Positions 1-8,578 of a stretch of 19,141 bases of DNA are shown in pieces. The DNA is from Promethearchaeota archaeon. Lineage in GTDB: Archaea; Asgardarchaeota; Lokiarchaeia; Sigyniarchaeales; SOKP01. The notes under the pieces are model-generated. The model had not been told where the DNA came from. It saw only the letters and a list, made by a program, of their open reading frames with translations, and made no database searches. The stretch is taken from assembly GCA_018238625.1 (NCBI GenBank), contig JABCSY010000077.1:1-19141 (forward strand). Direction: 5' to 3'. The position numbers and the translations under genes are program-made. Every line of letters begins with the position of its first letter. The stretch's first letter is position 1.

Positions 1-292
1 CGCTGGAACCATTTCCTACAAAAACAGTATTTCTATTAGTTAATGTATCTTTGTCTCTCAATAGTTGATTTAGAACCGCTTTACGAACCTCAAGAGCTAT
101 CGGGTCGGGGTATTTTTGTAATAATTCTTTATTTTCTATAGCTAATTTTAAATCATCTAGTATTTCTTGGATTGGGGGGTATGCGTTTTCAGTTGAGTTT
201 AATTTTACCCAGCCATCTCCTTCCGGTTGTTCTTCTGGTTCATAAGCGCTATAATTTCGAAGATCTTCTCTAATTAACTTTTCTAATTCCAT
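1..292 (-). CDS. hisC: Histidinol-phosphate aminotransferase-like PLP enzyme (class I/II), N-terminal part; runs off the window edge
   Basis: Not in ORF track. Manual translation from ATG at 292: MELEKLIREDLRNYSAYEPEEQPEGDGWVKLNSTENAYPPIQEILDDLKLAIENKELLQKYPDPIALEVRKAVLNQLLRDKDTLTNRNTVFVGNGSS. Matches HisC motifs KLxxNENPYPP, YPDP and GNGSDE with some deviations. Confidence 0.8.
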   Translation of the reverse strand, partial: MELEKLIREDLRNYSAYEPEEQPEGDGWVKLNSTENAYPPIQEILDDLKLAIENKELLQKYPDPIALEVRKAVLNQLLRDKDTLTNRNTVFVGNGSS

Positions 293-536
293 CTCGATTA
301 CCTTTTTTTTAATAGACTATTTGGTAGCAATTTCTTAATAATTGAATATTTTATATAACTATGTTATAACATTTATTTTTTGTCTTCTAACCTCTCATTC
401 ACAGATTTTCTAGAGTCTTACTGTCCTTTAAATTATCTTTTTTTTTTTACAATTTATAAAAACAAATCAAAAAACTCAATTTTTAAAACTATTAATTTTA
501 TAATATTATAAATAACAATATTAAGTGGTTTTTAAA

Positions 537-1403
537 ATGCAATACGCTATCATGTTTCAAGTTTTAGAAGGTGGAGTAAGTGAGCCTATAAAATGGAATA
601 AAGGCAAGCTTACAGCTGAAAGCAATATTATCATCTTAGATGAGGGATCTTCCTCTCTTTTTTTATGGTATGGGGCAAAACAAGGGTTGGTTTCAAGAAG
701 AACGGCACTTAGACAAGCACAATCATTAAGAGGGCATGGATTTACTATCGGTAAAAGTATAATCGGGAGAGATATTAGAGATTTAAAAGAAGTTGATCAA
801 AGGAAAATTGGTAGGGTCCTTGAAAACGATGAATTAAACGACGAGCTTCAAACTTTATTAAATAGAGAGTATAAAGAATTAGGTAATTTTATGATAACTT
901 TTGAATTAAAAGAAATTGTAGAACCCGTTGCAAAAGTGATACCTAAACCTGAACCTAAGCCAGTACCAAAACCTGTATCTAAACCCGAACCAGTAATCAA
1001 GCAAGAAACTCCTAAAGTTGTAAAGACAGAAATGAAATTTGCTTCTGAATATGACATTAAGCCAGATACTGTTTTAGAAAGCAAACCAACAGTAAAACCA
1101 TCAATTTCTACTACAAAGGTTTCTACGCCAGAACCAAAAGTTGCGCCTAAACCTGTATTAGGTCTTTCCGTCCAGGCTAAAATAGGATTTGTATTATTGG
1201 GGATATTAGATCACTATAAGGATATTTGGATTTCAGTAAAAGAAGATGGGAGTTATTCCGTCGAGCACATGGATGGAAGAGTTTGTGAATTCTCAGTTGT
1301 CGAAGGCAAGATTAAATTTACAGTAGATTCTTTTTCAGGCATCTCTACAAATATTAAAACTGAGATCCAAAAGAAATTTGTAGAACTATCAAAACTAATA
1401 TAA
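537..1403 (+). CDS. Gelsolin-like domain protein with Pro/Lys-rich linker and uncharacterised C-terminal domain
   Basis: N-terminal SNIIILDEGSSSLFLWYGAKQGLVSRRTALRQAQSL fits the gelsolin-fold pattern (hydrophobic-LD-x(n)-hydrophobic-W-x-G followed by an RxxAxxxAxxL helix). PKPx linker and ~80-aa C-terminal domain follow. ATG 537 preferred over GTG 525. Confidence 0.7.
   Translation: MQYAIMFQVLEGGVSEPIKWNKGKLTAESNIIILDEGSSSLFLWYGAKQGLVSRRTALRQAQSLRGHGFTIGKSIIGRDIRDLKEVDQRKIGRVLENDELNDELQTLLNREYKELGNFMITFELKEIVEPVAKVIPKPEPKPVPKPVSKPEPVIKQETPKVVKTEMKFASEYDIKPDTVLESKPTVKPSISTTKVSTPEPKVAPKPVLGLSVQAKIGFVLLGILDHYKDIWISVKEDGSYSVEHMDGRVCEFSVVEGKIKFTVDSFSGISTNIKTEIQKKFVELSKLI
942..995 (+). repeat. Degenerate 12-nt coding tandem repeat encoding PKPE-PKPV-PKPV-SKPE-PV
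   Basis: cctaaacctgaa cctaagccagta ccaaaacctgta tctaaacccgaa ccagta read directly from the sequence. Confidence 0.8.
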
Positions 1404-1424
1404 TTCTTTTTTTTCTAATTTTTT
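1404..1424 (+). terminator. Probable archaeal oligo-T terminator
   Basis: T-rich tracts directly after the TAA of the gelsolin-like gene; T-runs are common in this AT-rich DNA. Confidence 0.4.
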
Positions 1425-1533
1425 ATATGTTGGAATTTAAATTTTAAGCTATTTTCTTTATTATTATTAAGAATAAGAGTTTCGATTCTTAGTGTTATAT
1501 TTATTATTTTTAAAAAAATAATTTAGTAAAATT

Positions 1534-3291
1534 ATGAAATTCAAAACATTAGCAGTTTTATTTTCTGATTTAGAGGCTACCCCAAAAAGACTTGAAATGA
1601 TCGATATCTTGTCACTTTTTTTTGGAGATATAAAAGAGAATAAAGATTTAAAGGATTTAGATAAAATAATCTATCTGTTGCAAGGTCAATTAGTTTCGAA
1701 TATAAAACAATTTCCAAAAATCGGCCTTGCAGAAAAAATGATAATTGAAGCGCTATCTCTTCATTCTGGAATCGAAAAAAAAAAGATTAAAGAAGTTCTA
1801 ATAAAAATTGGAGATATAGGGGCTACTGCTGAATTAATATTAACTAAAAAGAAAAAGCAAAAATCTCTATTTGATTTTGAAGATAAACCGGGTAAATATG
1901 AATCTTTATTAGAGATTTCGGAATTATATTCGGCTTTACAGAAAATTGCCTTAAGTGAAGGAGCAGGATCACAGGACGTGAAACTAGGAATTTTAAGAGG
2001 TTTAATGAGCAAAAGTTCTCCTTTAGAAACTAAATATCTATTACGTATAATTACATCAACTCTAAGAGTAGGTGTATCAACATTAACTATTATTGATGGG
2101 TTAGCTCTAGGGTTCACTGGTGTTAAAAAAAATAGAGAATGCATTGAAAAAGCCTACAATTTGCATCCTGATTTGGGAGATATTACAAGAATCTTAGCAG
2201 AAAAGGGAATAGAAGAAGTAGAAAAGATTGATGTGAGTTATGGCGTTCCAATTCGAAGTATGCTTGCCTCTCGGGTTCCTTATGGAGAAATCATTGAAAA
2301 AACAGGTTCACCTTTAATAGCAGAATATAAATTAGACGGAGAGAGATTACAAATTCACAAGCAAGGAGATAATGTTTTACTCTTTTCACGGCGATTACTT
2401 GAGATATCTGAACAGTATCCAGATGTTTGTCAAATTGTACGGGAAAACGTGAGAGTAAATAAGGCTATTATTGAAGGAGAGATTGTTGCTATGGACGCTT
2501 TTTACGAAAGAATGCTTCCATTTCAGGTTTTAAGTAAAAGAAGGAGAAAACATGATGTCGAAGACGTTTTAAAAGAAGTTCCAGTTAGCTTATTTTTATT
2601 TGATTTGCTAAAAATTGAAGACGAATCCTATATAGAAAAACCATTCCTTGAACGACGTAAAAAATTAGAAGAAATTGTGAAGGAAAGGGACGAAATACAT
2701 TTAGTTAAATCCGTTTTAATAAATACAACAGAAGAACTATTAGATATTTTTAATGAAGCACGAAAAAATGGAACGGAAGGAATTATTGCTAAATCTATTA
2801 AAGAGGATTCTACATATCAAGCAGGAAATCGTGGTTTTCTCTGGATCAAATTAAAGGGTTTAGAAGGGGGAAAACTAAGCGATACAATAGATTGCGTAAT
2901 AATAGGAGGGATATATGGAAGAGGTCGTAGAAAAGGAGTTTATAGCGCTTATATCTTAGCGGTTTACGATCCTGAAGATGATACTTTCAAAGCGTTTACT
3001 CGCGTTGCTTCAGGTTGGACAGACGAAATATTAGAAAATTTAATGAAAGAAATGACGCAGTACGAAGTAGATAAAAAACCTAACGATGTGATGTGTGCCG
3101 ATAAACCAGATCAATGGTTTCAACCGGTTGTAGCGATCGAAATTATGGGAGATGAAATTACTATTAGCGATAAATTTCCTTCTTTAGGATTCTCCTTAAG
3201 ATTTCCAGTTTTTCTACGGTTTCGACCAGAAAAGGCTCAAAAAGATGTAACTACTGTCGACGAAATTAAAGATTTGTATAAATTTCAATAA
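1534..3291 (+). CDS. lig: ATP-dependent DNA ligase (archaeal/eukaryotic ligase I type)
   Basis: Motif I EYKLDGERLQIHK, III IIEGEIV, IIIa FDLL, IV EGIIAK, V WIKLK, VI LRFPVFLRFRPEK; N-terminal DNA-binding domain; 585 aa. Confidence 0.97.
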   Translation: MKFKTLAVLFSDLEATPKRLEMIDILSLFFGDIKENKDLKDLDKIIYLLQGQLVSNIKQFPKIGLAEKMIIEALSLHSGIEKKKIKEVLIKIGDIGATAELILTKKKKQKSLFDFEDKPGKYESLLEISELYSALQKIALSEGAGSQDVKLGILRGLMSKSSPLETKYLLRIITSTLRVGVSTLTIIDGLALGFTGVKKNRECIEKAYNLHPDLGDITRILAEKGIEEVEKIDVSYGVPIRSMLASRVPYGEIIEKTGSPLIAEYKLDGERLQIHKQGDNVLLFSRRLLEISEQYPDVCQIVRENVRVNKAIIEGEIVAMDAFYERMLPFQVLSKRRRKHDVEDVLKEVPVSLFLFDLLKIEDESYIEKPFLERRKKLEEIVKERDEIHLVKSVLINTTEELLDIFNEARKNGTEGIIAKSIKEDSTYQAGNRGFLWIKLKGLEGGKLSDTIDCVIIGGIYGRGRRKGVYSAYILAVYDPEDDTFKAFTRVASGWTDEILENLMKEMTQYEVDKKPNDVMCADKPDQWFQPVVAIEIMGDEITISDKFPSLGFSLRFPVFLRFRPEKAQKDVTTVDEIKDLYKFQ

Positions 3292-3319
3292 ATCTTGATA
3301 AAACACAAAAAACTATTTT

Positions 3320-4696
3320 TTAAATATAAATCTGGAGCCCCTTTTCCTCTAATTTCTTTAAAAAGGATGGAGAATTCTTAAAATTGTTTTCTCCTAAATA
3401 TAGTTCTTCTAAAAGAGCAAGAGACGAGATTGATTTTGGAAGTATAGTTAGTTTATTTCTTGAAAGGTTTAAGATTTTTAAGTTTTTTAATTTTCCAATT
3501 GTTTCAGGGATAGTTTCTAATTTATTATCGCTTAAATTTAAGTTTTCTAAGGAAGCAAGTGATCCTATTGAGTGTGGGACGTCTACTAACTCATTTCTTT
3601 CAAGGTCTAACGATTTTAATGATAATAGGTGAGCTATTGAAGGAGGGAGAGTAGTTAATAAATTCCAACTTAAATTCAACGCTATTAAATATTTTAGAGA
3701 TGATAAAGAATCTGGAAAATAAGTTAATTTATTATCGTGAAGATTTAGAGTTTTAAGGTTTATTAAATTTCCAATGTTATTAGGTAATAGTGTTAGTTGG
3801 TTTAATCGTAAATTTAAATGCTCTAATAATTTTAACGAACAAATTGAGGTTGGAAGATCTTGAAGTTCATTCTGCCAAAGTGACAATTCTTTAAGTTTAG
3901 AAAGTAAACCTATACTATCAGGAATTTTATTTATATTATTTACATTTAAATTAAGATATTCTAACGAATTTAAAGAGTTAATCCACTCTGGAATTTCTAT
4001 TATTTGGTTGTATCTTAGAGTAAGCTTTTTAAGAGCTTTAAGGTGTTTTATTGAGGGAAATTTTGTTAACCCTTTAAATATAAAATCTAACTCCACAATT
4101 TTACAACGTTCAATAGTATACTTCAATCTCCAATAAGTCTTTTTTAAGTAAATCAAGGTGAAATAATTGATTAAAATGTCAGTTAATTCCATATGCGTAA
4201 ATAGTTTCGCACCCTTGGAAAAACTTAAAGTCTCAAAGCCGATTTTAAAATCTATATCATCGATTTGTTTTATCTCGTGGATCAAAATTAGTTTTGTAAG
4301 GCGTTCGTTTCTGTTTTCTAAGTTGCTAATTATAGATATTAATGAATTAAAAATTGTATACAAGCAAGTTTGAGATTCTTCGTGATGAAGAGCCCATCTT
4401 AGTGGGTTCAACGCTTTATCTTTAAAATTATACCCTAAAGTAAGAGCGGCTTCGTTTCTGATTTTTTCTTCTGAGTCCGAAATAAGTAAATTTTCAAAGA
4501 AACTAAAAATCTTCTCCTTCTTTACGCTAGTATTATCAAAATTATCCCCAATAGTTCTTAAAATTTGAAGGCTTTCGTAGCGATCTTTAACTTTTGTACT
4601 ATTTTCTATTAATGCGATTAGTTGTTTAACTGCCGATGATATATCGATTTTTTTTTTGTTAAATTCGTCAAATATCTTAGTTGGTGTGCGTCTCGT
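3320..4696 (-). CDS. Leucine-rich repeat protein with N-terminal HEAT-like helical domain (paralog 1); start extended beyond the ORF-track TTG at 4411
   Basis: About 10 regular 23-aa LRRs (LxxLxxLxLxxNxLxxLPxxI). The frame is open to 4708, and the extra 95 codons (TRRTPTKIFDEFNKKKIDISSAVKQLIALIENS...FFENLLISDSEEKIRNEAAL) align with the N-terminus of paralog 2. The proposed ACG start at 4696 is inferred. Confidence 0.85.
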   Translation of the reverse strand, partial: TRRTPTKIFDEFNKKKIDISSAVKQLIALIENSTKVKDRYESLQILRTIGDNFDNTSVKKEKIFSFFENLLISDSEEKIRNEAALTLGYNFKDKALNPLRWALHHEESQTCLYTIFNSLISIISNLENRNERLTKLILIHEIKQIDDIDFKIGFETLSFSKGAKLFTHMELTDILINYFTLIYLKKTYWRLKYTIERCKIVELDFIFKGLTKFPSIKHLKALKKLTLRYNQIIEIPEWINSLNSLEYLNLNVNNINKIPDSIGLLSKLKELSLWQNELQDLPTSICSLKLLEHLNLRLNQLTLLPNNIGNLINLKTLNLHDNKLTYFPDSLSSLKYLIALNLSWNLLTTLPPSIAHLLSLKSLDLERNELVDVPHSIGSLASLENLNLSDNKLETIPETIGKLKNLKILNLSRNKLTILPKSISSLALLEELYLGENNFKNSPSFLKKLEEKGLQIYI

Positions 4697-4705
4697 AATG
4701 TAAAT

Positions 4706-4710
4706 CCCTC
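4706..4710 (-). promoter_or_regulatory. Shine-Dalgarno-like GAGGG upstream of the proposed ACG/ATT start of LRR paralog 1
   Basis: Minus strand reads TAG-TT-GAGGG-ATTTACATT-ACG; 9-nt spacer to ACG. Confidence 0.5.
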
Positions 4711-4712
4711 AA

Positions 4713-6212
4713 CTATTTGTAAATTATTAATCCATTTTTTTCTAATTTATACAAAAAATCGGGTGTTTCTTCAATATTATTAAAATTTAAATCTAGAATC
4801 TTCAATGATTTAAGATTCTCAAGAGATTCGGGAAGTATTTTCAATTTATTCCCCCATAAACTCAATGTCTCAAGAGATTTAAGAGCTCCCAGGCAATCGG
4901 GTAGATTTTCGAAACGGTTCCAACTTAAATTTAAAACTTTTAAATTAATTAACGAGCTAAACGACTCAGGTAGAGTAGTTAAATTATTATTCCATAGAGT
5001 TAATTCTTTAAGCGTAGAAATCTTACCAATTGATTCAGGAAGTTCAATCAACTTATTATCAAATAATTGTAATATTTCTAATGATTGCAACGACCCAAAC
5101 CAAGAAGGAAGTGATGTCAATTTATTACCTCCCAAACCCAATTTTTTAAGAGATTTAAGAGGCTTTACCCATTTAGGAAGTCTTTCTATATTGTTTAATC
5201 CCAAATCTAATTGTTTAAGAGAAGTCATTCGCTTGAAAGAACCCTTCAATTTGCTTAGATCATTTCCGTGCAAATCTAAAACTTCTAACTTTGATATATT
5301 CTTTATTGTTTTCGGCAAAGAAGTTAATTCGTTCGCCCTTAAATCTAAATGTTTTAACGATTTTAAAGAGCCTATAGAAGGGGGTAGACTTTTAAGTTTA
5401 TTATATCTCAAATTCAACACATTTAAAGCTGTTAATAAACCAATAGAATGAGGAATTGATTTAATTTTATTATAACTCAAATCTAAGTGAATCATTGAAG
5501 ATAATAAGCCAATAGTTTTAGGTATCGTATTAAGTCTATTAAATTTTAAATCTAGAAATTCTAATGAAGATAAAAATTCCATAAAATCTGGAAATTTGTT
5601 TAAAATTGTCCATCCGAAAACGTGACTACTAACATCAGATAAATCTAATTCAAAAATTAGACCCTCTTTCACCTTAAAATTAATTTGACCAAATCTTTTT
5701 TCCAGATCGGATACAATAAAATAATTCTCGATAATACGTGAGAGTTCAAAACTCGAGAAACTTTCAATATCTCTTTTTTTGAATAAGAGATTTAAATTTT
5801 CAGTTATCTTCTCATTTCTTATTTTTTTAATTTTACTAATTAACAAAGATTTTGATTGAAGAGTATCAATTTTTCCTAATATCTTTGAGATTACTAACAA
5901 ACATTTTAGAGATTCCTCGTGTTTCAAAGCCCATCTCATTGGCTCAAAAGCATTATCTAAAAATAATTTTTCTATGACATTAATCGAATAAAATCTTATC
6001 GATTCATGAGAATCTGAAATTAGTAAATTTTCTAATAGTTTAAAAACATCATTAGATTTAGCATCAATCTGAGATAGTGTATTGATGCTTTCAATTCTTG
6101 TATCTAAATTATCGCTATTGTCTATAATCGATATTAATTGATTTATCGCAGAAATTTTATCTAATGTCTTGTTCTTGTAATTTTTATTAATTATTTTTGG
6201 AGATAATTCCAT
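4713..6212 (-). CDS. Leucine-rich repeat protein with N-terminal HEAT-like helical domain (paralog 2)
   Basis: 12 regular 23-aa LRRs; N-terminal helical segment LENLLISDSHESIR...EPMRWALKHEES; C-cap FLYKLEKNGLIIYK resembles FLKKLEEKGLQIYI of paralog 1. Confidence 0.92.
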   Translation of the reverse strand: MELSPKIINKNYKNKTLDKISAINQLISIIDNSDNLDTRIESINTLSQIDAKSNDVFKLLENLLISDSHESIRFYSINVIEKLFLDNAFEPMRWALKHEESLKCLLVISKILGKIDTLQSKSLLISKIKKIRNEKITENLNLLFKKRDIESFSSFELSRIIENYFIVSDLEKRFGQINFKVKEGLIFELDLSDVSSHVFGWTILNKFPDFMEFLSSLEFLDLKFNRLNTIPKTIGLLSSMIHLDLSYNKIKSIPHSIGLLTALNVLNLRYNKLKSLPPSIGSLKSLKHLDLRANELTSLPKTIKNISKLEVLDLHGNDLSKLKGSFKRMTSLKQLDLGLNNIERLPKWVKPLKSLKKLGLGGNKLTSLPSWFGSLQSLEILQLFDNKLIELPESIGKISTLKELTLWNNNLTTLPESFSSLINLKVLNLSWNRFENLPDCLGALKSLETLSLWGNKLKILPESLENLKSLKILDLNFNNIEETPDFLYKLEKNGLIIYK

Positions 6213-6306
6213 TAATTCTCGAAATTTGGTGTAATTATTTAAATTTTTTATTTTAATACATTAAATTTCTAATTTCATTTTTTATTAAAAAATAATTATT
6301 ATAGAT

Positions 6307-8211
6307 CTAAAAATATTTCTCTAAAGCTAGCGCTTTAATTTTACTTATTGTAGGGAGACCATTTTGTTTATCCCAACCTCGTTCGTCATAATAATCGTCT
6401 AGTAATTGATTGGCAATATCTTGAGTAATAATTACTTCTCCGTAGAAATCTTGGAATTTAAGTACATTTTCTCCAATTTTTAAGGGTTTAAACCATCCGC
6501 TAGGGAATTTATCGTCCTTTCGAGAAAAACCTTCTTTTAAATTCATTAACTTCAATAAATTCCAAGAACGTTCAGCTGATAGTCTTAATTCTTCTTGATG
6601 TAAATTGAATCCGGTAATTAAATTGTATAAATCGGTTACTAATTCTAAACTAAAAAATCTATTCATTTGAGCTCTAGCGCACAATCCTAGAGAGGTTAGT
6701 ACGGTGTACCAATCTTCAGAGTATCTGGTTAACCGTCCAACATTTACGCCCATTCCTTTTTTGGGAGGACTAAATATTCTAGGGAAAGCGGTTTCGGGAA
6801 TACCCATCCTATTAAAATGGCTTTTCATTTTATCCGGAGATCCTCCAGCGCCAACATAAGTCGGTGATCCACCCGAAGCTACATGAGCGCCTTTAGGGTT
6901 TACTACTTGTTCAAATTCCATTGTTCCTAATCGCAAAAACCTAGGTTCGAATATAATATCTAAACCTTTCACTGTAAGCATTTCTTTTGAAAAAGTTTTA
7001 TTTTCTCCGGCTAATTTTTTCCACCCATCTGCTAATATATCTCCAAATCCTTCTCTTTTTGCGATTATATCAATAAGGTGCTGAAAAGTCTTAAAATCTT
7101 GCTTCCACTCAATACCTAACTTTTCATTGGTGAGGATCCCTCGTTCATTCATTTTACTTATAAATTCGAACAGCGCTGTCATAGTTAATGAATCCAATCC
7201 ATATCTACTTATTAGATCAAACGCTTTTATTGCTTGGTCGTATGTATCTAGCCCATCAACGGTAAACATCATTAAGGGGTTAATTATTGAGGATGTGTAA
7301 TTAATCAAACCGCTATATTCTCCTTCACGTATTTCAAGAATATCTTTATCAGCCATAGGACAAGATGGACAAGCTATACGTCTTTTTTTCATTTTTTTTA
7401 GGTACATCCTATCGCTACATTGGCGAGCTTTTTTCTTTTGTCCTTTTGCGGTTAAGAACATGCCAACGGGCAAGCTTCTTAACATACCTAATTCAATCCA
7501 AGAATCCCTATGAGGATATTTGCGGATACGCTCAATCAGACTATTATACAGCTTATTAAATTTTTTTGGTTCTGCTATTGGAATCCCTTTTGTCCCTTGA
7601 GTCAAAATAGCTTTAAGGTTTTTAGACCCCATAATTGCAGCAAGTCCACCACGCCCTAAAGTTGAGGTTTTATCTATTAGCGTCATCGAAGATTTAACAA
7701 GATTTTCTCCCGCTTGACCAATAGCAATTACTCCACTTTCACCATGTTTCTTCTTCAAATAATTAGTTGTTTCAACAATATCTTTACCCCATATTACTTT
7801 AGCTTTAGTTAATTCAACATGATCGTCAGATATATGTAAATATACTGGTTTTTCTGATTTCCCAGTTACAATTATATGATCAAATCCCGCTTGCTTCAGG
7901 TTAAACGCAAAGCTCATACTTCCGCAAGAATTAGCTATGGCTCCGGTCGCTGGAAATCTTGAAATTGCAACGGTTCGAGAAGAACCAGGAACAATAGTTC
8001 CTACTAAAGGTCCAGTTCCAAATATTATTAAATTTTTTGATGAAAATGGATCCGTTAACGGTTTGAATCGATCAGCAAAAAGTTTACAATTCATTCCAAA
8101 TCCGCCAATGAACCTTTTAAGGTCTCTGACATCTTCTTTAATAATTGACACTTTATTTTCCGTTAAATCAATGTCAAGTATATTTCCAGTGTAACCAAAC
8201 CAATCCGTTAT
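6307..8211 (-). CDS. aor: Aldehyde:ferredoxin oxidoreductase family (tungstopterin) enzyme, divergent; start extended beyond the ORF-track GTG at 8151
   Basis: Motifs IFGTGPLVGT, LKQAGFDHIIVTGKSEKPVYL, IGQAGEN, GRGGLAAIMGSKNLKAI, SLGLC, YYDERGWD. The in-frame upstream sequence encodes the conserved N-terminal FGYTGNILDIDLT. The ATA/ACG start is inferred. Confidence 0.88.
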   Translation of the reverse strand: MTDWFGYTGNILDIDLTENKVSIIKEDVRDLKRFIGGFGMNCKLFADRFKPLTDPFSSKNLIIFGTGPLVGTIVPGSSRTVAISRFPATGAIANSCGSMSFAFNLKQAGFDHIIVTGKSEKPVYLHISDDHVELTKAKVIWGKDIVETTNYLKKKHGESGVIAIGQAGENLVKSSMTLIDKTSTLGRGGLAAIMGSKNLKAILTQGTKGIPIAEPKKFNKLYNSLIERIRKYPHRDSWIELGMLRSLPVGMFLTAKGQKKKARQCSDRMYLKKMKKRRIACPSCPMADKDILEIREGEYSGLINYTSSIINPLMMFTVDGLDTYDQAIKAFDLISRYGLDSLTMTALFEFISKMNERGILTNEKLGIEWKQDFKTFQHLIDIIAKREGFGDILADGWKKLAGENKTFSKEMLTVKGLDIIFEPRFLRLGTMEFEQVVNPKGAHVASGGSPTYVGAGGSPDKMKSHFNRMGIPETAFPRIFSPPKKGMGVNVGRLTRYSEDWYTVLTSLGLCARAQMNRFFSLELVTDLYNLITGFNLHQEELRLSAERSWNLLKLMNLKEGFSRKDDKFPSGWFKPLKIGENVLKFQDFYGEVIITQDIANQLLDDYYDERGWDKQNGLPTISKIKALALEKYF

Positions 8212-8453
8212 TCCTCACCCTCTTTGAGTTCTAAAGCTCCATACAGACAATAATTTACACATTGCCCGCAGTGAGTACATCCATCCAAGAACGAGATTTT
8301 TGGGATTAGTTCGTAGGCATCAAAAATTTGAATAAAAGCGTCAGTAGGGGAATATTTATTTTTATATATGGAGGAACAGATTAATTGACAGATTCTACAT
8401 CCTGTACATTTTTCCTCGTGTATAATTATCTCAAGTAATTTAGATTTTACCAA
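8208..8453 (-). CDS. 2x[4Fe-4S] ferredoxin-like protein coupled to aor
   Basis: CTGCRICQLIC and CTHCGQCVNYC motifs; 81 aa; TTG start; its stop overlaps the proposed aor start. Confidence 0.9.
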   Translation of the reverse strand: MVKSKLLEIIIHEEKCTGCRICQLICSSIYKNKYSPTDAFIQIFDAYELIPKISFLDGCTHCGQCVNYCLYGALELKEGEE

Positions 8454-8578
8454 AATAAATCAAATCTTTACTGTTCTTTTACTAACTTGTAAATTTTATT
8501 AGGTTCACTATACTTAATATGTTATAATTTGAGTTTTTAGTATATATAGCTTTTCAAGTATGATGTTAAAATAAAAAA

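Noticed and set aside
3320-6212. LRR periodicity as a DNA tandem repeat or a DGR template/variable repeat pair
   Set aside because: The 69-nt periodicity is protein-level and highly diverged; I saw no near-identical pair with adenine-specific mismatches and no reverse transcriptase in the window.
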